Below are positions 11,401 through 22,324 of a DNA stretch of 64,000 bases, piece after piece. Every line of letters starts with the position of its first letter. The stretch's first letter is position 1. A model generated the notes under the pieces. It was given only the letters and a program-made list of their open reading frames with translations, ran no database searches and had not been told where the DNA came from. Source of the stretch: Mytilus trossulus (taxonomy: Eukaryota); assembly GCF_036588685.1 (NCBI RefSeq), contig NC_086382.1:56358001-56422000 (forward strand). Reading direction: 5' to 3'. Both the position numbers and the translations under genes were made by a program.

Positions 11401-13675
11401 CAACATACATACATATTTTTTCAAATAAATGTCTTCAGGCTATCTTTTATTTATTCATTTAATGAAAAGCTGTAGTTACAGTGATACACTTATATAAAGA
11501 TTAAAATGCATTACTATTTATATTGTTTATATATTTTAATACTCTTCAATAGAACGAGAAGACATCGTGTCCAAATAAACGAACCACAAAAAGCTAAATA
11601 GTAAAAACAGAGACATATATATATATATAATTATATATAACAAGTCTAAAAGAATACAACATCACCAAAAACACAATAAAACGAACAATATGTTAGATAT
11701 TTCGGATAACAGATATCCTTCTTCGGTAATTGCACGATGAAAAATGAATCATGTCAATTCAAATTAAGACTCTATCAAAATCTTGATTTATACAATTTAA
11801 GCGAACGCTGGAACAATTTTAAAATTTTCAAACACACCGCAAAGACTACAAAAATATGCCAAAAATAAAAAAAGTTATTTACGATGTGAACTGGCACAAC
11901 TCTAAATTCCCAAAGGTGTTGACAGTTGAGATGTTAAACAACTGCGTGGAAATACAGTCCCAATAAACAGTCCTGACCGATCTAAACTGGTATGATATTT
12001 AAAATATGACAACGGTAGGGCAGTTGTATCAGAGACTGCGTATTTAAACATCTAAAAAATATAGTAATTTGATGATAAGAAAATTGAGTAATAAATGTTT
12101 ACTAAGGTTAGGTAATAGAACGTGGCTGCGTACTTATACACATCCTTGCCAACTGTAATCAAAACTTATATAATTCAAAAATTCCTGAAAGTGTAAGGGT
12201 CCAGTACGGAAGCCGTAGTAACTGGCCACAAGTGATGACAGGAAATTAGTGATGGTAGGAAAAATGAGTGACTCTTCTATGTTTTTTCATTAATGCCCTC
12301 TGGGGAACCTGTCCTCAGCTTTCTTATCCAAAAACTTTCCCGAGCAAGTCTGTCGGCCTTTGACCAATCCTCGTTGTGATCTATGATAGTGATGGTGAGT
12401 TTTTTAAGATCAGCTTGGGCATGCCCATGTGATCTTAAATGACGACTTACGGGAAGGTCGGGCTTGCATGTGTAGTCGCTACGATGACCATTCATGCGTT
12501 TGTTGAATGGCTGTTCTGTCTCGCCAACATACTGCATGCCACATCGACACTGAAGAATGTATACAACATTCTGGGTTTTGCAAGTTACATTACAAAATAT
12601 TGTGTACACAGACCCAGTGGAGTGGCAAGTAAATGTTTGAGTATTCACTATTTGTTGGCAAGTCAGACATCGTTTGTTACCACACGACTTGCACCATCCT
12701 GTAGTTGAACAGCTTTTATTAGAGGAGACGGCAGCTTTTACAAATAAGTCTTTTAGACTTGCTGGTCGCCGAAAAGCTAAGACAGGAGGATTTATATATA
12801 TAATTATATATAGAAGTCTATAAAAAGGATTAACCAGCAAATTTACTATGTACCGGATCGTCTAGAATAGACGATAGTATGCAGACAAGGAACAAATAAT
12901 ATCAGTCTAAAAATTTGCACAACGGTACTGATATAAGATGTTATTATACGAAAATATTGTTATTAAATCGTGTAGACAAATATACATTGATATAAGCAGA
13001 TGAGTTATGAGTGCCAATGACACTCACCATCCTAGTCAAATTTTATAAAAGTAAACAATTAAAGGTTAAATTCATGCATATATGTCTCTCGTAATAAAAG
13101 TTGATGATGATAATTGAAAACATTTGTTCGATTCAAAGATTTCTTTAAAATGAAGAAATATTTCCGAAACATTTACCTTGCAAAAGTTTTTTTTTCATAT
13201 AAAATTGAGAATGGAAATGGGGAATGTGTCAAAGAGACAACAACCCGACCAAAATAAAAAAAACACAACAGCAGAAGGTCACCAACAGGTCTTCAATGTA
13301 GCGAGAAATTCCCGCACCCGGAGGCGTCCTTCAGCTAATTTTTTTTTTAACTTCAATGCAATCTTTTTCAAAAAGAAGAAAAACTTTCCGTATTTTAAAA
13401 GGTGTCCACAAATGTTACCTACATATAAGTAGTTCCTGTTATATTTGCCATTCGTAGACTTTGATATATAGGAAAATTTAGAATAGAGTAATGTATTCTG
13501 AATATTTCCCTAACAAAGAATTGTTTATCTAATTAGATAATTTTTGTTTCTTTTCATATTTTCGTTCACAGCAAACATTAACTTAAACTTAAAATATCTT
13601 TTGGAGTGTCCAAACATTTTATATTTTCAGACATAAGTATATCTTTTTGAATTAATTTAGATTACATCTTACCAT
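8499..13675 (-). CDS. B1: 226-aa secreted Spaetzle/neurotrophin-like cystine-knot protein with a complete knot
   Basis: Exons 13675-13673 (ATG), 11169-10985, 10537-10412, 9212-9042 and 8694-8499 are GT-AG, phases 0,2,2,2, and sum to 681 nt in frame. Signal peptide MVPLQLYIAVIAVTLATA. Knot region MCREVRTPV…EIC…QTINKVEC…TTKC…YYCRPTNY…AVLCP…LPTACSCVKVGC. AATAAA at 8370-8365. Confidence 0.9.
9405..9608. mobile_element. ~200-bp MITE (TA-flanked, Tc1/mariner-like) in B1 intron 3; older relatives at ~21193-21365, ~33787-33960 and ~47000-47170
   Basis: Terminal inverted repeats tactgtggattcatt…aatgaatccacagta. Absent from the corresponding B2-B4 intron. Confidence 0.8.
9812..9950 (-). repeat. SINE-like interspersed repeat; relatives at ~12985-13070, ~20350-20557, ~25485-25565, ~60520-60645 and ~61560-61710
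   Basis: Shared core gaagatgtggtatga.t.ccaatgagacaact…tacggccttcaaca. Confidence 0.65.
11686..11733 (-). ncRNA. Penelope pLTR-type minimal hammerhead-like motif
   Basis: Minus strand reads gcaauua-CCGAAGA-a-GGAUA(ucugu)UAUCC-GAAAUAUC^-uaacauauug: 5-bp stem II, palindromic AUAU stem III, core U-to-C variant. Confidence 0.55.
12277..12790 (-). pseudogene. C-terminal Cys-rich linker and GIY-YIG endonuclease of a Penelope-like element (RT missing)
   Basis: PPVLAFRRPASLKDLFV…CKSCGNKRCLTC…NVVYILQCRCGMQYVGET…RMNGHRS…RESFWIRKLRT..PEGINEK. The ORF's N-terminal codons come from flanking DNA. Confidence 0.88.
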
Positions 13676-14096
13676 TGTTATTTCTTGTATCGAATCAAAA
13701 TTAAATCTGATTGATAAACTAGAAAATGTGGATATTTATATGCATAAACGAGGAAATTAACTTCTACGGTTTAGTAACATCGTTTTTTGATTCGTCCTTT
13801 TATTTGTACGTTATACACTGATGTATTACTTAAAAGTCTTAAGGCTATGTTAACAAAATAAAAGTTACGTCACAATACATAATGTTTATCATATACATGC
13901 TTTGATATCTTTACAATTGCAAAATACTCCTTTGTTTTTCTTTTAAAATACATAATTATGGTTTTGACTATTTGACGTAATAGTGTCCTAACGAGCTGCG
14001 ATTGGCTTTAAAATCCTTTTCCTCATGGCACTAGAATACATAAAAGAAACGAAATTTTGAGTATTTAGAAAGTACAGTTGTTCGACAGATATTAAG
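13676..14096. promoter_or_regulatory. Bidirectional promoter B1/A1 (421 bp between ATGs)
   Basis: TATAAATA on the minus strand (~13740-13733), an inverted CRE/ATF-like pair TTACGTCA (13865) and TGACGTAA (13973), GCGATTGG (13998), and CATAAAA on the plus strand (14039). Confidence 0.75.
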
Positions 14097-16358
14097 ATGG
14101 TAAGAGAAGTATTCTTTAATTAATGATATTTTAGTTTAGTAAAGCTGCATACACTATTATATTGTAAGTTAACACATTTGATATAAAAATCATTTTTAGA
14201 TGATTGGTAATATAAAAGTAAAGTATAGCACTGTAATATTTAACATTGGTTCTTTTATATCAAGACATTTTATTTACAAATGTGAATGAAATCGTGTTAT
14301 AACAATTGAAAACTTATCTTTTATCTAGATGACTATGTTTATTGTTTGGTTTGCGGTACTAGGAGTCACTGGAGCTTACAAGTGTATGGATCCTCCAGAA
14401 ATGCATTGGCCTGATAAGGTCAGAATATGTGATGGAGAATTTGGAAGTAGTCCTGGATGTAATGATGACTATACAGTCCCGTATAACCAGTAAGTACATC
14501 CTTGAGCCAGAAATATTCTAGACACATTACAAGTATTATTAAACTTCCTAACTTAAAAATTTGAAAATTGCACTTAAATGATTTTCAACAGATTTTATGA
14601 ATTAAAACTGTGTATGTATTTAGCAGCAGTCGATTTCGAATTTATATGACTATCCGAATATTAGATTTTTACATCAATTTCGTAGAGGTTTGTTGTCTAA
14701 TTGCTTGTAATAAAGAATTTGCTCAACTCTATATTTTAGTAATCGCTTCGTATGAATTTTATTTTCATTTGTATCTATTTTTCAGTTATCATATAGAAAA
14801 CGCCCTTCAAGCTGACAGAGATCTTCTATCCTTCGTTGAGGATTCTTGTAAAATATACTCTCCAGAACTTCCCCTTGAATATGAGTAAGTTTTGATTAAT
14901 ATCTATCAGTAATTATAATGACATTCGCCAAAATCGAAGGGCTATATGTTGTAACGAGGTTGTGTGTTACTTGTTGCTATCTGAATGTTCCAAATTCCTC
15001 AAAAAGGATAACCAACTTTCTTAATAGATATAACAAATCATCAATGAAATAATATTTATCAATTTCATCCTTCCGAATCGATCACCTTGCTTTATTTTCA
15101 TCAAGAGCGCCTAAACACAAAATATTGAAAAACCAAAAATGTTTAGATAAATGAAAAAGTTATGAGCTATGTCATTATAATGGACATTAAACGAATGTTT
15201 TATACATTGATAAATATAATTAAGATGTATTATCATTAGATATTTTATTAAAACACAGTCATATCATTTATGACCACTTTTGTATTACTACAAAGTAATA
15301 GCATTCATCAACAATATGATATTACAACACAGTCAGAACATTTATCAACACTTTTTTTTTTATTACAAGTCCTTCACAATGTGTTATAACAACACAGAGA
15401 CGTCATGACACTCGTCCACACCGGGTAGTCACAATACAAGTGTTATGACATCAAAGTTCTAAATTTTAACAGCATTTTATTATTACTAGAAAGTTACAAC
15501 ATTTAATCGCAACGTGTGATATTTCAACAGAGTCATATAATATATGGTTGTGAAATGACCTGGACGGCTAGAAATCATAAGAAACATATAGTCTATTATT
15601 TTTCCATTCCGTACAAATTTATATGATTCCCCCCCTTTTTAGACAATGTCCAATTGATGGTGGTGATCTTGGAAAAACGCTAGGCAGATGTGAGAAAGTT
15701 TGTGATGGCAATTATGTTAATGTAACAGCTGTGAATGTGCAAATGGTAGACGAAAAAACAAAAAGCTTTAGATGGAGCAAATGTTATGTTATACGTCCAT
15801 GGGAACAGAAAGTTTACTATATGAAGTGCAAGTAAGTAGTTATATCACTCAAAGCTGTTTTTTCTAATGAACTTTTTTCAATTTTCAATTATTATTATCA
15901 TTGAAGTAGAGGTGGTATCAAAAAGTCAAATATGTTCACATGTATTGATTGTGATACTTCGTTTAATATCTTATCAACCTTTCTTCTCTATTTATTTTTC
16001 AAGTTTACTAATTGGTAAATGATGAGATTCAGGCTCATCTTCTTAAATACTTTATTATGTTTGATGGAAATTGAAGATTACAGGCTTCTTTATCTAAATC
16101 AAACAAATAGTTATTTGATATTTTTTAAATTTCAGAAGTGATCGACCTACTTTTGAGAGCAGTTCATTTAAGTGTGTTCCAGACAACTTTATCAGACGTA
16201 GGGTTGCTGTTTTCTGTCCAGAATTCAAAGAGCACCAATGTCAAAAAGTGGACCTCGAATTACCAACTAATTGTGCTGCAAGCCGATTTGAATGTGTCCA
16301 ACCGAAGAAAACAAAGCAACAAAGCGTAGACAGCTTTTTCGATTCATTGTTTTTGTAG
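14097..16358 (+). CDS. A1: 224-aa secreted Cys-rich protein with a degenerate Spaetzle-like knot
   Basis: Exons 14097-14099 (ATG), 14329-14489, 14786-14884, 15643-15831 and 16136-16358; phases 0,2,2,2. MMTMFIVWFAVLGVTGA signal peptide; …KVCDGNYVNVT…KCYVIRPWEQKVYYMKC…FKCVPDNFIRRRVAVFCP…LPTNCAASRFEC. AATAAA at 16590. Confidence 0.92.
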
Positions 16359-16888
16359 TTCAGTCTTTTAAAGAACTATCCGCACAGTGTGCTGCAGGTC
16401 GATTCTAATGGTGTCATAAAAACCATTCCGAACAGACGAAAAAGATGAAATGCCTTCAATTGTGACCTCACATATTAGAAAGTTTTGTATTTAAATCCAT
16501 GCAGACTGTGATATTTTGTTGTTTTTTTTGTAATATTGTGCACATCATCATCCATTATGCCATGTTCTTGTAATAGTGACTAATGTATAAATAAAATATA
16601 ATATTTTATATATCTGTGTCTGGTAGTTTATTTTCCCCCTGTGTAGGATAGTTAGTAATTGACATTAGTTAAAGAGATTTTATTACGAATTAAAATTTCA
16701 TTGGTTTATCTTATTTTCCATTATAAAAGATAGCATGTCTTGCGAGAGGTTTGGCATGCCATTTAACCAGGTTTAACCCTATTTATTTAAGCCAGGAATA
16801 TATATATTATCAAATAGTTCGTTGTATGTGTGTTGGCGTTTTTTTTGGTGGTTAATTGTGAAGTGTTTCAATAACTACATGTAGTTAT

Positions 16889-17751
16889 CTAATCCGAAAT
16901 TACTCTGATGTCCAACGACTGTTTTGGCAGACAAGCTTGGGCCGTGTGACGTCAGAGCTCGTCCCATATCAAAAAGTTGATATTTGCCCGTCCAAAATGG
17001 ATGCGCTGCTTCGTTGCTTCTAGGGCCGACTGACAGCCTTGGAATTATATAAATCGGGCATCAATCTGTTAATTTTTCATTTATCTCTTCATTCATGTCA
17101 CCCTTTATATCCCCCTATTTTAACAGTTTTCACAGTGACGCATCGATTCTGGAATTTTAACTTTCATTTTGAAAGATTGTCATTTGTCATGTGATCAACG
17201 AGAAAAAGTAAGGCACAATGTTTTATGGGAGCTGATGGCCCTAGGTCAATGTGAATACATAATCTAACATCTCGTTCATTTACGATGCAAGTAAGGTCCG
17301 AGTGCTTCCGATTGTTATCATTATTGGCTACTAAATGTTTAATATCGATCTCCTGTAAAGGAGGTTAAGAAATATACACAATCCCGAAATTAGCATAAAT
17401 ATTTGAATAATTTCAGTCTCGAGGCCGCCAACTCGTAACTTGTCGTCCATTTGAAAATGAAAGTCAAAATGCCGGAATCGATGAGTCACTGTGAAAACTA
17501 TTAAAATAGGGAAAATAATGGGTGGCAGGTAGGTGAAACTTACATGAATGAAGAGATAAATAAAAAATGGACAGATTGATGACCGATTTATATAATTCCA
17601 AGGCTGTCAGTTGGCCCTAGAAGCAACGAAGCAGCGCATCCCTTTAAGACGTGCAAATATCCACTTTATGATATTGGACGAGTTCTGACGTCCAACGACT
17701 CCACCTTGTCTGGCAAAACAGCCGTTGGACGTCAGAGTAATCTCGGACTAG
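16889..17751. mobile_element. Long-TIR MITE / foldback element (unit 1)
   Basis: ~290-bp imperfect inverted arms (ctaatccgaaattactctgatgtccaacg…cgttggacgtcagagtaatctcggactag), flanked by tagttat/aagttat. Confidence 0.88.
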
Positions 17752-17952
17752 AAGTTATCTACACGACGTAGATTATGCCATGGATTGACTTTTTTTTTTA
17801 TTTCAAACAAATGATTTGCGAGTTATTCAATCAACCAGTAAGGTTTTATCCCATATTGTTCCGTTGCTTCTCTCGTACTTTTTGTGTGTTTCCATCGGGT
17901 TTAGTCTATAATCTATATTTGTTTTCGCCGAAGCGATTTATGACTTTTAAAC

Positions 17953-19913
17953 TTAAAATGCAAAATGAAGTTAAGGAATTTCTTTCGAGAGCAGATAGAT
18001 AAAATTATAAGAAATCTTCAGTCGCACAAAGCTAATTGTATCGATGAGATTCACAATGAATTTTTAAAGTTTGGTAGCGATGCACTTGTGGATTCACTTG
18101 TTTATCTCTTCACCATTATTACTGACCTTGAAGCTGTACCTGGTGATTGGCAAAATGGCATCATCAAACCCCTACTCAAAGCTGGGTCTGTCTATTATAT
18201 TGATAACTATAGGGGGATTACTTTAACGTCTAATGTGTACAAGGTATATTCGAAAAGTTTGGAGGAATCTGTAATGACCTACTTAGAAGAAAATAATATT
18301 TTAGGCGAGGTTCAGGGAGCATTTAGAAAAACAATGAACAACAGAGAATCATATTTTTACTCTACAAGGTATTTGTTCTATACGAAAAGCTAAAAAATAT
18401 AAAACATTTATCGGTTTTCTAGACCTATTAAAAGCTTTTGATAGAGTCTGGCAGGATGGCCTTTTCTATTTATTGCGGAAAACTGGCATTCAAGGTGAAT
18501 TGCCTATTATTTGCTGATGATGTAGTCCTTATCGGGAAGTCCGAGGCGAAACTACATCGTCTGCTTGATATAACAGCTAATTTTGCGTCAAAGTGAAATC
18601 TAAAATGTAACCAAAACAAATCCAAGGTTATGATAATAGGTAAGCGTTTAGATAAAGATCAGAAGTAACAATTAGGTAACCGGATCTGGCTTGAGGAAGC
18701 CAATGAATACAAATATCTCGGAGTTTATTTTACGCGTTCTTTGACTTTTGCCTAAAAGTTAAAAAATATAAAACATTTTTAGCTTTCTAGACCTATCAAA
18801 AGCTTTCGATAGAGTCTGGCGTGATGGCCTTTTCTATTAATTGTGGAAAACTGGCATTCAAGGTAATTGTAGGAAACTGCTCAAATCACTTTACAGTAAT
18901 GTACTTAACAAAGTTTTGTTTGGTGATTGTGAACCAGGTTTCTTTGATCAATAATTTGGCTTGAAACAAGATTGTGTCTTGTCTCCGGCTCTTTTCTCTG
19001 TTCTAATAAATGACCTCGTAAGCATGCTCGAAGCCAACAATGTTGGTGCCGACCTATCCTCACAACTAGTGAATTGCCTTTTATTTACTGATGATGTAGT
19101 CCTTATCGGGAAGTCCGAGGCGGACCTAAATCGTCTGCTTGATATAACAGCTAATTTTGGTTCAAAGTGGAATCTAAAATTCAACCAAAACAAATCCAAG
19201 GTTATGATAATAGGTAAGCGTTTAGATAAAGATAAGAAGTAGCAATTATGTAACCTGCTCCGGCTTGAAGAAGCCAATGAATACACATATCGCGGAGTTT
19301 ATTTTACGCGTTCTTGGACTTTTGCCTACCATATAAATCGTTACTTAAAAGATAACTTCGAGCGCAATCTCAATTATATGACTAAGTTACTAAATGAGCA
19401 CGGATCTTCTAATCGCATATTCTTCGGAGATGCCCTCTGTAACTCGGTAATACGGCCATCTATCGCACACGGTTATGCTGTATGGCTGCCGTCATCAGTT
19501 TCAGGCAAGCAAATTCTTGAAAATTTACAATATAAATCGGCGAAATCCATTTTAAGTACTAATATGAATATCCCTAAGTCGGCTCTGTTCGTAGATTTAG
19601 GTTGGGAACCGATAAATAATTTCCTTGATAGACAAAGGGTGTCTCATTTTGCTAGAATTCATGACTTAGATAAGTATAGATTATGTCGAATCATATTTGA
19701 CGAGCTAAAGAGCTTAGCGCTACAATGGAGAATGGGAATATCCCCATTATATGAAATATTTTTTAACTTTGATATTGTCCTATGTGTATTTTATTTCATT
19801 GTACATTATTCATACATTGTAGTATATGCTCTTGGACGCATTTGTGGTTACCCTACCTGCAAGTGCCCCCGTTGTAAAGGGCTAGTTTCTTAATAAATAT
19901 AAATATACATATA
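17953..19913 (+). mobile_element. Decayed 5'-truncated non-LTR retrotransposon RT (unit 1; internal duplication and ~0.7-kb deletion)
   Basis: NYRGITLTS, FLDLSKAFD, LKQ.C.LSP.LF and LLF(A/T)DD motifs with stops and frameshifts. AATAAA plus (TA)n tail; taaac on both sides. Confidence 0.9.
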
Positions 19914-22324
19914 TAAACAAACGCTTAATACTGTTGCCTTTATGTATCATTATGTAAAAAACAAAACATAAATCAGACCCCAAAACAAGGAGATACAAAA
20001 CGTATTAGCTAAAAGAGCATAGTACTAGTATATAATTAGATGTTTTTAAAAAAGAAGAATGTTACAATTAAACTTATCTTGCATTTAAAATGACAGGTCA
20101 TCTTACTCTTCTTTTACAATGGATAATAATTTCAACTAACCTACTCTCAAATCGTATTTTCTTGTTAATTCGACCTGTTGATACTGTTTATAATGCTTTT
20201 TTGTCATTTTTTATTTATATGGATCTTGTCTGTATACCAGCGTTTATTATTTGTAATATCTTCAATTTTTCACTTATTCTTACAACATTTGTATAAACTT
20301 CAAGATTATAAAAAACCGGTTTTTTTCTAAAGTGAACATTGATTGGTTAAAAATGTACTTAGATTCTTGATTATTGGTTTTCCCGTTTGAATGGTTTTAC
20401 ACTAGTAATTTTGGGGCCCTTTATAGCTTGTTGTTCGGTGTGAGCCAAGGCTCCGTGTTGAAGGCCGTACTTTAACCTATAATGGTTTAATTTTTAAATT
20501 GTTATTTGGATGGAGAGTTGTCTCATTGGCACTCACACCACATCTTCCTATATCTATCAAAGTATGCCACATAATAAGGTCAGAATGTCATTATGAATAC
20601 TTGGAGTCCATGCTAGTGCAAAGTAAGTCGATTCTTAGGTTTGACTTGGTTAAACTTATGGTGATTTATGTTTTTTTTGTCCTTTCATAGAGATTAATAA
20701 ATATACTTAATTGTAAATACTGTAAAGTGATATTATGTTTTCGTATATAATCACACCATCAGTATCATATGCTCGTCCTTAAATTATATAAATTGCGGGA
20801 TTTTTTGTAGAATGACCCACTTGTTATTTAACCTTCGCAGATTATGCTTTATATTCTCTCCCCACCGTAAAACAAAAATCTTTAAATTTCATTAATTCAA
20901 TACGCATTTCAAAGATATTTTACACAATAACACAATGAAAATGTATAAGTATAGAGCCACGCCAAAAGAATGTTACAAAACATGGTATACACGTTAAATC
21001 TCCATTAACTTCAAACTACTGCATATCTAAGTTTAGAAGCACATAACTAGGGTCCAGAGAGGGATGGCAGCAGTGAGAACATATACAAGGTACATATAAA
21101 ATCTCAGAAAACTTCACTCAATATATTATAAAACAAATTATTTTTCAGACAATTCTTATATTATTTTAAATTTTACCCAAACTTTGTTTTAATACTGATT
21201 CATTTATTTTCGTGGGCACAATTTTCGTGGATGAAGGAAAACTTGCAAATTCGTTGTTTTGCCGAAGTCTTTATGCAAGCCTTAAGAAAATTTGTCATTC
21301 GTTGAACATTTAATTTCGTGGTTCACACTTTACCCACGAAATCAACGAAAATCGGTAATAATGAATATAAATAGATTCGGCGAAAACACACATGTATTAA
21401 AGAATAAACCGAAAGGAGATACTCAAGTACGAGAAAAGCAATGGAACATTTTAGGATAAAATCTAATTGGTTGATAGCATAACTCACAAATAAGTTGTTT
21501 GAAATAAGAAAAGCCAACCCAAGGCAAAAACCATATCGTGTAGATAACTACATATAGTTATTAAAACACTTCACTATATATCGAGTAAGAAGACATAAAA
21601 GAGGTTACCTAAAAAAAAGAAAAGAAAAAAGAACAAGGCCAGATGTGTATGTCCAAACGATCATGCAAAGTGTTTGGTATTGACAATGATAAAACTATTC
21701 GAAATAACCACATTGACGATGATTTAATTAATTTAAGGTTACCATACCGCTGTCATTATTGGACAAAAAATTAACAAACATTCATTTGATTGGTGTTAAC
21801 TTTAATAATTGTTTGTAGGACAGAGGTGTAATATACTAAAAGTATAAGAGAGGTGATAGATAGTCATACAAAAGATATTTCAGAAGTTGAAAAACATTAG
21901 TTAGCAATAAAAAACGACAATATACAAAAACAGTGCTCAAGACACAGCATAGAAACAAAAGACTGGGAATCAAGAACATAACCTAACCCGATGTGATCTT
22001 ATGTGCTCCTGAAGGGTGGACATAATCTGATCTGCATGTGACACCCGTAAATGTTTATAAATGCCGATACACCTCTTGTAAAAAAGGAATGAAAAAACCT
22101 CCGTCAAATCTTTTTTTACTACAATATGATAAAATTCATTTGTATAGTTTAGGTTGTTGTTATTTATAATAAATAATAGAAGTACAAAATTTAAATCTAT
22201 TTTTATTAAATACTACTGTTATGGTTTGTTAGTAGACATAAACATAAAAGACAATACACATAAATGATGAGGATGAAATATATTGCACATGCCCTTGTAA
22301 GTGACTTAATACTGTTCTTTCACT

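Larger units (their letters stand above)
11640..12792 (-). mobile_element. 5'-truncated Penelope-like retroelement in B1 intron 1
   Basis: Flanked by a 20-bp direct repeat tatatatataattatatata (11620-11639 and 12793-12812). Absent from the same (AT)n site in B2-B4. Carries a GIY-YIG ORF and a hammerhead-like motif. Confidence 0.88.

Noticed and set aside
16138-16329. Repeated ORF-track protein MIDLLLRAVHLSVFQ… (also at 28404, 41623 and 54774)
   Set aside because: It is the wrong frame of the last A exon. Splice phase and homology to A0 and A5 give SDRPTFESSSFKCVPD…
14097-16358. Assigning a gene symbol (spz, NT, trunk, IL-17) to A or B
   Set aside because: Only the cysteine pattern and motif resemblance are visible; orthology cannot be established without searches.
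18485-18505. The LINE deletion looks like a spliced-out intron (caag|gtaagt…ctag|tgaatt)
   Set aside because: The observed junction caaggtgaatt is one base longer than a GT-AG splice product and fits a GT microhomology deletion instead.
18948-19286. Minus-strand ORFs over the LINE (also at 31158 and 44376) and other short Phe/Ile/Leu-rich ORFs
   Set aside because: These are antisense shadows or chance ORFs in AT-rich DNA; they recur only because of the segmental duplication.
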